Assembly (NCBI GenBank): GCA_963727625.1 | Contig: CAVSHR010000007.1 | Span: forward strand, 128,001-192,000 | Origin: an uncultured delta proteobacterium | GTDB taxonomy: Bacteria; Desulfobacterota; Binatia; UBA9968 | Direction of reading: 5' to 3' | DNA: 64,000 nt | Part shown: positions 1 through 11,150 of the stretch, in pieces | Layout of the letters: each line of letters starts with the position of its first letter | Numbering within the stretch: the stretch's first letter is position 1 | Program-made: the position numbers and the translations under genes | Notes under the pieces: model-generated | The model's input: only the letters and a program-made list of their open reading frames with translations | The model's database searches: none | Told to the model about the DNA's origin: nothing

Positions 1-1
1 G

Positions 2-1816
2 ACAGGCGATCGGACGGAGTTTCTCGGTCGAAACGGCACTCTCGACCATCCGGCATCGCTCGTACGAGGGGACCGGCTCTCGGGAAAAGTGGGCGCCGCC
101 CTCGACCCGTGCGGTGCCTTGCAGACGACGTTGGAATTAGGTGCGGGGGAGCGTGTCGAGATCATCTTTTACCTCGGTGAAGCGGCGAGCACGGAAGAAG
201 CGCGAACGTTGATCGCGCTCTACCGCGGGGCTGACCTTGATGGGATCCTGCGCGCGGTCATGAAGCGTTGGGATGACGTTCTTGGCGCGGTTAAGGTGAC
301 AACTCCTGATCGTGCTATGAATGTCATGCTCAACCGCTGGCTGCTTTATCAGACGCTGGCCTGTCGTGTCTGGGCGCGAGCGGCGTTCTATCAAGCCGGC
401 GGCGCCTATGGCTTTCGCGATCAGCTCCAAGACGTGATGGCGCTCATGGTCGCGAATCGAGACGTCGCGCGCGCGCAGTTGCTGCGGGCCGCCGGTCGGC
501 AGTTCGTTGAGGGTGATGTTCAACACTGGTGGCATCCGCCGTCCGGCCGGGGCGTGCGGACCCGTATTTCCGATGATCTACTCTGGCTGCCGTACGCGGT
601 TTTCCACTACCTTGGAGTCACAGGCGATGTCGGTCTTCTCGACGAGGTCGTTCCCTTCCTCGACGGGCCGACTCTCCCAGTTGGGCAAGACGAGTCATAT
701 TTCGAGCCCCATGTGTCCGCGCAAAGCGCTACCCTGTTCGAGCATTGCGCGCGCGCGCTCGACCGTAGCCTGGCGGTTGGCAGCCATGGCCTGCCGCTGA
801 TCGGCACGGGAGACTGGAATGATGGGATGAACCGGGTGGGATCTGCGGGGAAAGGCGAGAGTGTCTGGCTCGGCTGGTTTCTCCACACCATCCTCTGGGA
901 GTTTGCGCGGCTGGCCGACGCCCGCGGCGAGCGCCGGCGCGCCGAAATGTGGCGACTCCATGTCAGCGCGCTCAAAGCCTCGCTCGAACGCGAGGCCTGG
1001 GATGGCGAGTGGTACCGGCGCGCCTACTTTGACGATGGGACGCCGCTCGGCTCTGCGACGAACACAGAATGCCGCATCGATTCGATCGCCCAGTCCTGGG
1101 GGGTTCTTTCCGGTGCCGCCGAGCCGGCTCGCGCTGCGCGCGCCATGGCGGCGGTCGAGAAATACCTCGTTGATCGCGACAACCGGCTGGTCCTCCTCTT
1201 CACCCCGCCTTTTGACCAAGCGAGCCCCGACCCCGGCTATATCAAAGGATACCTTCCGGGCGTGCGTGAAAACGGTGGCCAATATACTCATGCGGCGATC
1301 TGGTCCGTCCTGGCCTTCGCGGCGCTCGGCGATGGCGACAAGGCCGGCGAGCTTTTCTCGCTCTTGAACCCGATCAATCACGCGAGCAGCCGGGCCGGCG
1401 TTTACCGCTACAAGGTCGAGCCCTATGTCGTCGCCGCCGATATTTATGCCGAACCGCCGCATATCGGGCGCGGCGGCTGGACGTGGTATACCGGATCAGC
1501 GGGTTGGATGTATCGGGCTGGCATCGAGTGGATCTTGGGTTTCCGTCTGCGCGGCACAAGGCTTTTCCTCGACCCTTGTATCCCGCGCGCATGGCGTGGA
1601 TTTGAGATCACATTCCGCTATCGCTCTGCGCGCTACGAAGTCGTCGTCGAGAACCCACGGGGTGTTGCGCGAGGATTGTCGTCTCTTGAACTCGATGGCG
1701 CACCGCTCGCAAGTGACAGCATGTATATCCAGCTTGCCGATGACGGTGCGGCGCACCGTATACGCGTTGTCCTCGGGGAGAGCCCGCTTATGCTCAAAGC
1801 TAAAGTGTCCCTGTGA
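2..1816 (+). CDS. GH94 glycosyl phosphorylase domain, C-terminal part of an NdvB/cyclic beta-1,2-glucan synthase-like protein (5' partial)
   Basis: Frame is open from position 2 (TGDRTEFLGRNG). Motifs YQAGGAYGFRDQLQD, GDWNDGMN, RENGGQYTH and RGGWTWYTGSAGW are typical of GH94. Confidence 0.88.
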   Translation, partial: TGDRTEFLGRNGTLDHPASLVRGDRLSGKVGAALDPCGALQTTLELGAGERVEIIFYLGEAASTEEARTLIALYRGADLDGILRAVMKRWDDVLGAVKVTTPDRAMNVMLNRWLLYQTLACRVWARAAFYQAGGAYGFRDQLQDVMALMVANRDVARAQLLRAAGRQFVEGDVQHWWHPPSGRGVRTRISDDLLWLPYAVFHYLGVTGDVGLLDEVVPFLDGPTLPVGQDESYFEPHVSAQSATLFEHCARALDRSLAVGSHGLPLIGTGDWNDGMNRVGSAGKGESVWLGWFLHTILWEFARLADARGERRRAEMWRLHVSALKASLEREAWDGEWYRRAYFDDGTPLGSATNTECRIDSIAQSWGVLSGAAEPARAARAMAAVEKYLVDRDNRLVLLFTPPFDQASPDPGYIKGYLPGVRENGGQYTHAAIWSVLAFAALGDGDKAGELFSLLNPINHASSRAGVYRYKVEPYVVAADIYAEPPHIGRGGWTWYTGSAGWMYRAGIEWILGFRLRGTRLFLDPCIPRAWRGFEITFRYRSARYEVVVENPRGVARGLSSLELDGAPLASDSMYIQLADDGAAHRIRVVLGESPLMLKAKVSL

Positions 1817-2493
1817 CCCGGCCACCGAGCAGCTGGGAAGAGATCCGTGATTGACAGCGATAGGCTCTTTAGAGCCGTCCGCAATGCGCGTTGCATCGTC
1901 AGTGAAATGATTGGATGGCCCGGGCAATCCGGCAGGCGGTCGCGCTCACGAAGAAGCTCGTGGCCGCCAAGACCGATTCGCCGAACAACTCGCCGACCGC
2001 CATGCAGAGGGTTGGGGCGTCGTGGAGCACGATGGTCGACTTCGAGTCCATCGAGAAGGCGATGAACTGAGCGGAGCGCGTCGAGCCCCTCAGCGTTGTT
2101 GAGCAGGCCCTGGCGCGAGCCGATGGCGCCCGAACCCGCGCCGCAACGAGGCTCGGCCCGAGGGATTATCATGCCGAGAAGCGGACGATCGGCAACGACG
2201 ACCTGGGCCGCCGCATTGTTTCCAGCCATAGGATATCTGGGCTACAAAGGGTGAGTGGAGGGTTTGTGATCAACCTGCTAGTCTGGCTCTGGAGGGTGAT
2301 CCTCTTGGAAAATTGTTTGATGCTACCCTTGATGGAAAAGAGACCTGCGAGTTCACTCGTTTGGTGAGGATCGTTAAAGACGCGTCGCTGATGAGCAAGG
2401 TCGCTGACCGGCGCTCGACCCCATAAGCGCATGGATTTGCCTTGACGAACCGTCCAGCGAGCCGATTGACTGTCCCTAGGAGGAGGTGTACCG

Positions 2494-2730
2494 ATGGTTG
2501 ACATCAATGAAAACAGCGTGAGTGCCGTGCTGCTGAACGACGGCTGGCACCAACCGATTGCGGGGACCTTCAAGATTGACAACATTCGAATTCATGCCGA
2601 CGCGGCAGCCGGAGTTGACTACGGAAAATCGTGCGCGATGTGGGACGAAGAGGCCCGTCCGGCCGACGGCACGACGGTCACCGTCACCGCGCCGCTCGCG
2701 TCAATCCTGGCCTTCCAGCAAAAGAAATAA
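2494..2730 (+). CDS. small hypothetical protein (78 aa)
   Basis: Very strong RBS (AGGAGGAGGT) just before the ATG; protein-like composition. Confidence 0.65.
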   Translation: MVDINENSVSAVLLNDGWHQPIAGTFKIDNIRIHADAAAGVDYGKSCAMWDEEARPADGTTVTVTAPLASILAFQQKK

Positions 2731-2861
2731 GTTGCGGCCGTGAGGCTTGAGATCGGCGCGCCGATTTCGGCAGTTGTTGACAGGGTGTCTTAACCGGTGG
2801 AGTATGCCATCGCGCCGCCAGGGCGGCGCGATCCAGCCGAGAACCCGGCAAAGGAGAGCCC

Positions 2862-3605
2862 ATGTTTACTTTTGGATCTATTGCCACAGTTCTGATCATT
2901 GCCGTTTTGCTAGTCATCAGCGGCATCAAGATTTTAAAGGAATATGAGCGCGCGGTGATCTTCAGGCTTGGGCGTTTGGTCCGAGCGCGCGGCCCCGGGA
3001 TTATCTACGTCATTCCTTTCGTTGAGAAAATGCTGCGAGTGGGACTCCGCACGGTGACCATGGATGTCCCGCCGCAGGATGTGATCACCCGCGACAACGT
3101 CTCGATCAAGGTCAGCGCCGTTCTCTACTTCAGGGTCGTCGAGCCCAATCGGGCGATCACGGAAGTGCAAAATTATCTCTTTGCCACCTCTCAACTCGCC
3201 CAGGTCACGCTCAGGAGCACATGCGGGCAGGCCCTGATGGACGAGCTCTTGGCCGAGCGGGACAAGATCAACGCGCGAATTCAGGAGATTCTGGATTCCC
3301 AAACAGAGCCGTGGGGAATCAAAGTGGTGTTAGTCGAAATCAAGGACATCGATCTTCCGCTCGACATGCAGCGGGCCATGGCCAAGCAGGCCGAGGCGGA
3401 ACGAGAGCGGCGCGCAAAGATCATTCACGCCGAAGGGGAGTTTCAGGCCTCGCAGAAGTTGGCCGATGCAGCGGAGATCATTGCAAAACAGCCGGCAGCC
3501 ATGCATCTTCGATTCTTGCAGAGCCTAGTCGAGGTATCGGCGGACAATAATAACACCGTTGTCGTGCCGTTGCCCGTGGACTTGTTGCGGCGCTTTCTTG
3601 AATAG
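2862..3605 (+). CDS. SPFH/stomatin-like (slipin) membrane protein
   Basis: N-terminal TM helix; [20 protein letters not shown] and [15 protein letters not shown] motifs; RBS AAGGAG. Confidence 0.93.
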   Translation: MFTFGSIATVLIIAVLLVISGIKILKEYERAVIFRLGRLVRARGPGIIYVIPFVEKMLRVGLRTVTMDVPPQDVITRDNVSIKVSAVLYFRVVEPNRAITEVQNYLFATSQLAQVTLRSTCGQALMDELLAERDKINARIQEILDSQTEPWGIKVVLVEIKDIDLPLDMQRAMAKQAEAERERRAKIIHAEGEFQASQKLADAAEIIAKQPAAMHLRFLQSLVEVSADNNNTVVVPLPVDLLRRFLE

Positions 3606-3832
3606 CGCGCGCCTCTTGCCGTGCGACGAAAACCAAAGCGATTCTTGGTAGAATCCCTACCTTTCCACGATAACGTCCTAACGTTCCATAGGACGAAACA
3701 ATTTTATTTCCCGGGGAGTTCTTGCCTCGTGATTTCTGTTTCCTCCTGGGCGGCATTGTGGCACAGTGCATTTGATCCCCGGACGATCTTATTGAAGGTT
3801 TCATCGGAGCGTTTGCAAAGGACGCGAATGTG

Positions 3833-6800
3833 ATGACTGCAAAGAAAAAACCCGCGAAATCTTCTCGGGCCAGAAGTTCTACTCCGGCCGTCACAAACAA
3901 ACAAAAAAATATTCTGATTGTTGGAGTCGGCGCTTCAGCGGGCGGATTGAAAGCGTTCGGCGATTTCTTTTCCCACATGACCCCTGACAGCGGCATGGCT
4001 TTCATTCTGATCCTTCATCTCGACCCGACCCATGTCAGCATGCTTCCTGAGCTTTTGAGAAAATATACGAAAATGGCCGTCCCTCAGGTCAAAGCTGGAA
4101 CGAAGGTTGAGCCCGACTCGATCTATATCATTCCGCCAAACAAAAAAATGACCACAAAGCATGGAAGGCTCATTTTAGCCGAGCCCTCGGAGCCGCGCGG
4201 TCTGCGGCTGCCGATCGATACCTTTTTCCGCTCATTGGCCCAAGACCAAGGAAGCCGCGCGATTGGCGTTATTCTTTCGGGAACCGGCACAGACGGGACC
4301 ATGGGAGCGAGAGCAATTAAGGAGGCAGGCGGGCTGGTCATCGCCCAAGACTTGGCATCAGCCGAATTCGACGGCATGCCAAGAAGCGCCATAGACGCCG
4401 GTGTGGTGGACTATGTGCTGGCGGCTGAAAAAATTGCCGAGCATCTTCTGATGCCCGCGATAAGTTCGCGTGTCCAGGGAAGCGCTGGCACCCCGGCCCT
4501 TTCAGGCATGCCCCCCGACACCCTGGAAAAGATTTTTCGTGTTTTGCGGTCGCAGAGCGGCCATGACTTCTCCGCTTATAAGAAGAACATGATCTGCCGG
4601 CGCATCGATCGGCGCATGAGCATCCAGGAAATTGAAAACCCTTCGGACTACCTGCAATTTTTGGAGCAAAACGCCAAGGAAACGGCAGCGCTTGCCAGGG
4701 ACCTGCTCATTGGCGTAACCAGCTTTTTTCGCGACCCGCAGGCATTCAAGGTGCTGAGTCGAGTCCTCAAAGGGATGCTCGCGAAGAAGCCGAAAGATGA
4801 TGCCGTGCGGGTCTGGGTTCCGGGCTGCGCCAGCGGCGAGGAGGCGTATTCCATCGCGATCATATTGCGGGAATGCATGAACGCGTTAAGGAAGCGCTTT
4901 AACGTGCAGATTTTCGCCACCGACATCGATAGCGACGCGATTGAGACGGCTCGCTCCGGAATCTATCGCGGCAATCTCGTAAAAGACGTCACGAGGGAGC
5001 GACTCAGGCGATTTTTTCTCGATCAAAGGGACGGTTATCAGGTCAAAAAAGAAATTCGGGGAATGGTGATTTTTTCTATCCAGGATCTTGTCATGGACCC
5101 CCCGTTTACCAAACTGGACTTGGTTAGTTGCAGGAATCTGTTGATCTATCTGGATGCCCCATTGCAGAGACGACTCTTGAGTCTGTTCCATTATGCGTTA
5201 CGGCCGGATGGAATTCTGTTTCTTGGCAGCGCCGAAACTGTCGGTGGCGACGTCGATCTTTTCGCTGAGCGAAACAGGAGATGGAAGATCTTCAAGCGCA
5301 GGCACTCGATGCATGCGGCCGAACTGAGTATGCCTTTTTTCTTTGACCGCTCTTACAAGGAGAGCGGTGAGATAGGTTCCCGGGCGATCAACACAGGGAG
5401 CGGCGACCCTGCGACCTCCGGGATCGCGGAAAAGCTGCTGTTGGACCACTACGCGCCGCCCTGCGTGCTGATCAACAAAGCCGGGAACATTCTTTACACC
5501 CACGGCCGGACCGGCAAGTATCTCGCGCTGCCTCAGGGCCAGGCAAGCTTGAACATTCTGGCCATGGCGCGCGGTCCTGTTAGGAACGCGCTCGCAACTC
5601 TGGTGCACACAGCAAGCGCGCGAAAACGACCGGCTTCCCTGCAAGGCATACGACTCGGAAGCGACGGTAAAGATCACCGGCTGAACCTCACGGCCACCCC
5701 CTATTCCAGCGGTCGTGGAGCCGGGGAACTGCTGCTGATCGCCTTCGAAGACGCCGGCCCCCGCAAAGTCAAGACGGGAAAAACCGGGCGGCCGGTGCAG
5801 CGCAATTCTGCGCTCGTGGCTCGATTAGAACAGGAGCTGTGGGACGCGCGTGAGCAAATTCAAACGGTAAGCGAGGAGAAGCAATCGCCCGAGGAAGAAC
5901 TTCGGTCGTATAACGAAGAATTGCAGTCAGCCAATGAAGAGCTTCAGAGTATGAATGAAGAGCTGGAGACTTCCAAAGAAGAGCTCCAGTCGCTCAATGA
6001 AGAGCTCGCGACCGTCAACGCGGAGCTGCAGGGAAAATCCGAAGAATTGTCCACCGCTAATGATGATATCAGAAATCTGTTCGACAGCACAAAAATAGCA
6101 ACGCTCTTCCTGGATACCCGGTTGTGCGTCAAGCGCTTCACCCCGGAAATGACCAAAATCATCGACCTGGTCCCCGAAGACATCGGCAGACCCCTGAGCC
6201 ACTTCAGAACCAGATTGGTGGACGAAAATCTGGTTCAAAATACCCAGGAAGTCCTGGACACCCTGATCCCGGAGCAAAATGAAATCAGGAGCATCGACGG
6301 TCGGTGGTACCTAATGCGCATGACGCCCTACCGAGCGGCCAGCAATGTCATCGCCGGTGTCGTGATTAGTTTCATCGATATCACCGAACGTAAGCAGTTC
6401 GAAGTGGCCGCCGAGAAAGCCCGGGAATTTGCCGAGGGTGTTGTGGAAACCGTGAGAGAGCCCTTGGTCGTGCTCGATAGGGATTTGACCGTTGTTTCAG
6501 CCAACCTATCCTTTTACCGGCGATTCAATTTAGCTCCTAAGCTGGCCCAACGGCGTTCTTTGTTCGAGCTCAATAAGCGGCAGTGGGATGTTCCCGAGCT
6601 GCGCGGGTTGCTGGAGAAAGTTATTCCCGAGGATCACGCGTTCGATGATTTTACGGTCGAACAGGACATACCCGGTCTCGGACGCACAATCCAATTGCTG
6701 AGCGGGCGCCGAATTCGTCGCGGCGCGATCGATACCGACCTCATCCTGCTGGCATTCGAAGACGTCACGGATCGTGAAAAAAGAAAAGAACTGAGCGCCC

Positions 6801-7433
6801 TCGCGGCTCGCCTCCATTCGGTGCGAGAAGAAGAGAGGGCGCGTCTCGCCCGCGAGCTTCACGATGAGCTCAGCGGGTCCCTGACCGCGCTAAAAATGGA
6901 GGTAGCCCTCCTGCCGGACCGGGCCGCTAAAAATCACAAATTGTTTTTGGAGAAATTAGGCTCCATGTCCGGGTTAATCGACCGCACTCTGGCGCGAGTC
7001 CGCACCATCGTTACGAAGCTGCGGCCGGTGGTCCTGGATTCACTGGGCTTGGTTGCGGCCTTGGAATGGCAAGCCCGGGAATTTCAGGAGCACTCGGGAA
7101 TCGTTTGCGAGATTCATTTGCCGGTCGAAGAGAGCTATTTGGACCGTGATCGAGCGACCGCGGTTTTCCGGATATTTCAGGAATCCCTGACCAATGTCGC
7201 GCGCCATGCCGACGCGCACAAAGTCACGGTGGATCTAAGAAGTGAAAGCGGGAAGCCTGATTCTAGAGGTGCGTGATGATGGCAAAGGTATCGACAAGAC
7301 CAAGATTTTCAAACGCGATTCCATGGGGCTACTGGGCATGCGGGAGCGGGCGATGGCTTTTGGCGGAACCACGGAAGTCACCGCGTTGCCGGAGCGAGGA
7401 ACCTGCGTGACGGTGCGGATCCCGACCATGTAG
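3833..7433 (+). CDS. CheB-CheR-PAS-HisKA_3/HATPase fusion sensor kinase, frameshifted near 7244-7254
   Basis: CheB triad (GASAGG, LHLDP, LSGTGTDG). CheR motifs (GVTSFFRD, WVPGCASGEEAYS, SCRNLLIY). Coiled coil NEELQS, PAS domains and H-box ARELHDE. The HATPase end (LEVRDDGKG, GLLGMRER) continues in the +1 frame to 7433. Confidence 0.88.
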
Positions 7434-7451
7434 CGCGAGAGGCCCTTGTCT

Positions 7452-8081
7452 ATGAGAATTCTCATCGCCGACGATCATCCAATTTTTCGCGCCGGGTTGA
7501 AGGAAATTCTCGGCAACCAGAAGGACGTGGAGTTGATCGGAGAAGCTGACACTGGGCTTAAAGCTCTGGAGCTTGGCCTCAAGCAGCGCTGGGATGTGGT
7601 GCTACTCGACCTCACCCTGCCCGGAAAAGATGGTCTTGAGGTCTTACAAGAAATGCGGCGCCAAAGACCCGATCTTCCCGTTCTCGTTTTGAGCGCTCAT
7701 CCCGAAGATCAGCTAGCTTTGAGATTGCTTAAATTAGGGGCCGCGGGATACCTAACCAAAGACAAAGCTCCCGAGGTTCTGTTTACCGCCGTCAGAAAAG
7801 TTTTGCGAGGTGAAAAATACTTAAGCGAGTCACTGGCGGAGACGGTTGCTTTGGATGTGGTATCCGGGGCAACCCGGTTGCTACACGAGGAGCTTTCTCA
7901 CCGAGAGTATCAGATCATGTGCATGATGGCCTCCGGAAAAGCGCTGAAGCAGATCGCCAAAGAACTTTTTCTCAGCGTGAGAACCGTCAGCACCTACCGC
8001 GCCCGCTTGCTTGAGAAGATGCACATGAAAACCAATGCGGAGCTTATCCGCTACGCTTTGCAGAACAAACTTGTCGACTAA
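7452..8081 (+). CDS. NarL/UvrY-family response regulator (REC + LuxR HTH)
   Basis: ILIADDH, LLDLTLP, and LSHREYQI...LSVRTVSTYRAR motifs. Confidence 0.93.
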   Translation: MRILIADDHPIFRAGLKEILGNQKDVELIGEADTGLKALELGLKQRWDVVLLDLTLPGKDGLEVLQEMRRQRPDLPVLVLSAHPEDQLALRLLKLGAAGYLTKDKAPEVLFTAVRKVLRGEKYLSESLAETVALDVVSGATRLLHEELSHREYQIMCMMASGKALKQIAKELFLSVRTVSTYRARLLEKMHMKTNAELIRYALQNKLVD

Positions 8082-8266
8082 CCGACTCCGTCCTTCTCCT
8101 ATCCCCTTCCCGCAGACAGCCTTTTGTAGTCCTAGAACGGACGCAATAATCGTTGTTTTGGAAGCTGTTAGCTACAGCGCGATCCTCTATAATTTGTTCA
8201 TATTTGTACGATGATTCTTGCGGCGCCTAAGTGGCGGCTAAAAGGACTCCTTCGAAGGGATTCATC

Positions 8267-9322
8267 ATGAACCTGAGACCAACCGACACACCCGGCTTCG
8301 CTGATCGCTGGGGAATTATTTTGTCGGGCGGGGACGGCACGCGACTGCGCGACTGGGTTTATCGCAGACGTGCCGACTATCTGCCCAAACAATACCTGAA
8401 CTTCATCGGCAAACGGTCTATGTTGGAGCACACCTGGCACCGCGCCCAGAAGCTGCTTCCGGCGCAGCAACTCCTCACCGTCGTCGCCAAGGAACACCTT
8501 CAGTTCGACGAGGCACGCCGCCAGATTGCTTCGAGACCAAGCCAGGGAGTGATACTCCAACCCGAGAATAAGGACACGACGCCCGGGCTTCTGCTGCCGT
8601 TGCTGCATCTTTATAAGCGTTGTCCCAAAGCGAAAGTCGCGGTCTTCCCTTCGGATCATTTCGTTCTTGAAGAAGGTCTGTTTATGCGCCATGTGGAGGA
8701 CGCCTTCCGGGTCGTCGAGTCGGATGCTTCTCGTATGGTCCTTTTGGGCCTGGAACCACATGGGCCGGACCCCGAATACGGTTATATTGTCCCGGGGGAG
8801 GGGGTCGAAGCCGCCCCGCCCAACTTGGCGAGACAGGTCGAGATGTTCGTGGAAAAGCCATGCACGGACGCAGCCAAGAAGATCATCGCAAGCGGCGCCT
8901 TATGGAACACGATGGTGATGGTGTTCGCTTGTAAGACTCTCTTGTCGGTAGTCCAGAGCGTGGCACGGGGGCTCTATCACTCTTTTGCGCCGATTCTCGA
9001 CGCCCTGGGCACAGCTGATGAACACGCGGCGGTTGAAAGGGTTTATCAGAACCTGCCCCCGCACAATTTTTCCAAAGGGGTGCTCGAAGTTCTTCCTTTT
9101 GAGCATCGACAAGCGCTTGTCGTTCTTCCCGTGCGGGGGGTCACCTGGAGCGATTGGGGAACGGCTGATCACCTGTCGGGCACCCTGCGACAGTTGGGCG
9201 CATCGGAGTCTGTGCAATCAACCGGCGTGCTTCGAGACACGCAGGAAGTCCGGCGTGCCGTGCGCAATGTCACCGGCCGCAACGCTCAACCGAATTGGCT
9301 TGCGGCGCTGAAAGGAAGTTGA
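8267..9322 (+). CDS. mannose-1-phosphate guanylyltransferase-like sugar-phosphate nucleotidyltransferase (no PMI domain)
   Basis: LSGGDGTRL, PKQY, QPENKDT, FPSDH, EYGYI, FVEKP and WSDWG motifs. Confidence 0.85.
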   Translation: MNLRPTDTPGFADRWGIILSGGDGTRLRDWVYRRRADYLPKQYLNFIGKRSMLEHTWHRAQKLLPAQQLLTVVAKEHLQFDEARRQIASRPSQGVILQPENKDTTPGLLLPLLHLYKRCPKAKVAVFPSDHFVLEEGLFMRHVEDAFRVVESDASRMVLLGLEPHGPDPEYGYIVPGEGVEAAPPNLARQVEMFVEKPCTDAAKKIIASGALWNTMVMVFACKTLLSVVQSVARGLYHSFAPILDALGTADEHAAVERVYQNLPPHNFSKGVLEVLPFEHRQALVVLPVRGVTWSDWGTADHLSGTLRQLGASESVQSTGVLRDTQEVRRAVRNVTGRNAQPNWLAALKGS

Positions 9323-9333
9323 GGAAAGACGGT

Positions 9334-10065
9334 ATGGGAGAGCGTGAACCGCTCCGCACTTCTTTGGCTTCACCCGGATTGTGCGATTACCTCGCGCATG
9401 AGTTGAGCAATCCTTTAAACGGCATGCGCTTGAGCGTTGAGGCCATCGAGAGATCTCTCGTGGGGAACCCGCGCGCCATGGACGAGATCGGTGATTTGCT
9501 GGTAATTTTATCCAAAGAAATTAAACGGCTTATTGGACTTCTCAAAGCGCTCCGTTGGTCCGGCGTGCCGGTCGATGTTGATCTGCGGCCAACATTCTTA
9601 GCCGCGGAAATTAGCGAGCTGCTGGGTTTGCAATCAGCCTATTATGAGCAGCGCGGAATCCGAATTAACCGGCATGTTCCGTTGGATTTGCCTTGCATCA
9701 TGGCTGACAGAGATAAGCTCAGGCAAGTTCTTCTAAATCTTAGCAAGAACGCGATTGAAGCCATGCCCAACGGCGGAACACTCACTCTTCGAGGTTACGC
9801 GAGCGAGCAATGGCTGTGCTTGGACATCGCCGACACCGGAGAGGGCATACCGGAGGCGATGCCGGTCTTTGAACCGGCGATCACAAACAAACCGCAGAGT
9901 CGCGGCCTTGGCCTGGCGATTGTGCGTGAGATTGTTAAACAGCACAGGGGAACGGTCTCGTACACAAGCCGGCTTGGAAAGGGAACCACGTTTCACCTCA
10001 AGTTTCCTATCCGAGCGGGACAAACAATCGAGCCTTTAGGACGTGCCGCGTCCTTGGCAAGATGA
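9334..10065 (+). CDS. cytoplasmic histidine kinase (HisKA + HATPase_c) without a sensor domain
   Basis: AHELSNPL H-box, NLSKNAIEAM N-box, DTGEGI, GLGLAIV. Confidence 0.82.
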   Translation: MGEREPLRTSLASPGLCDYLAHELSNPLNGMRLSVEAIERSLVGNPRAMDEIGDLLVILSKEIKRLIGLLKALRWSGVPVDVDLRPTFLAAEISELLGLQSAYYEQRGIRINRHVPLDLPCIMADRDKLRQVLLNLSKNAIEAMPNGGTLTLRGYASEQWLCLDIADTGEGIPEAMPVFEPAITNKPQSRGLGLAIVREIVKQHRGTVSYTSRLGKGTTFHLKFPIRAGQTIEPLGRAASLAR

Positions 10066-10096
10066 AAAGGTTATCGACATTGGCTACTAAGGATAC

Positions 10097-10867
10097 ATGC
10101 TGATGATTCAACGGACTCCTGGAGCCGATCCGTTCAAAGAGCAACTGCGTGAGTCCTTGCAGCGCGAGGCGGTAAATTCTCGCGCCGTCACGATTGCCCG
10201 GCACGCCAACGTCTACAGCTGCGGCGACCAAGACCAGACGGTCTATTTCATTGAGAGCGGCCAGATCAAACTGCTCATGCTCTCGCCTGAAGGCAAAGAA
10301 TGCCTGCTCGCGATCCACAGCGCGGGAGATATTTTCGGCGAGTTATGTCTATCCGGCTCGGGCTCGCGACCGGAAACCGCCACCGCGATGGAAGAAACGG
10401 TTTTAAAGAAAATGCCGTACCACCAGTTTCTCGAACGCTTGAGCCGGGACGGGCTGCTTGAGGGGTTTGTCAGATACCTGGCCCTGCGCATCGCCGAGCA
10501 GCAGCAGGTGATCGCCAATCTGGTGACGGTGGACAGCGAGCAGCGCTTGGGCAAGACGCTGTTGCAGTTGGCGCGCACGCTGGGCAAGAGAGACCAACGG
10601 AGCACGCGCATCGAGCTGAAGATATCCCATGATGAATTATCCGAGATGGTTGGCACGACGCGGCCTCGAATCAGCATCTTCATGCAGGGATTTCGCAAAC
10701 ACGGGTTGATTGAGACGAGCCCGGAACACTGTCTCGTCATCAAAGAAAAGGAGCTCACGGATTACCTGACGAGGAGAGCGTCTGAACATGTCTGCGTGCG
10801 GTACTATCATGCTCTCCGGAATCGTTCAGAATTGGACAGCGATCTCTTGCGGGTCAGCGTCAATTAA
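10097..10867 (+). CDS. Crp/Fnr family transcriptional regulator (paralog 1)
   Basis: cNMP-binding domain (YFIESGQIKL, GDIFGEL) plus HTH (SHDELSEMVGTTRPRIS). Confidence 0.9.
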   Translation: MLMIQRTPGADPFKEQLRESLQREAVNSRAVTIARHANVYSCGDQDQTVYFIESGQIKLLMLSPEGKECLLAIHSAGDIFGELCLSGSGSRPETATAMEETVLKKMPYHQFLERLSRDGLLEGFVRYLALRIAEQQQVIANLVTVDSEQRLGKTLLQLARTLGKRDQRSTRIELKISHDELSEMVGTTRPRISIFMQGFRKHGLIETSPEHCLVIKEKELTDYLTRRASEHVCVRYYHALRNRSELDSDLLRVSVN

Positions 10868-11150
10868 ATCAACTGAGGAGGTAACCTCCCGCGGGCCTGA
10901 TCGTTGCCCGCGACGAACTCGGTATCCTCGATACCCTGTCCCATAGCCTAGGAAGGATATCGGGAAAATTTTAGAGGGCGCAGGACAGTTTCACTTTTGC
11001 GAGCAGCGCAGCATTTTTTCAAAAATTGTTCACTATTAGACAGAACTCTTGCCCAGTGGAGGTATCATAAGAGAGTCGGAAAGTATGTCGGCACGTTGGT
11101 TTCAGCGCCTCAAGTTGAAGCAGCGTACCCACGAAGAAGGAGGTCCTCAA

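Noticed and set aside
1915-2070. 51-codon ORF MARAIRQAVALTKKLVAAK... below the ORF-track cutoff
   Set aside because: Protein-like but no RBS or recognisable family; cannot be supported.
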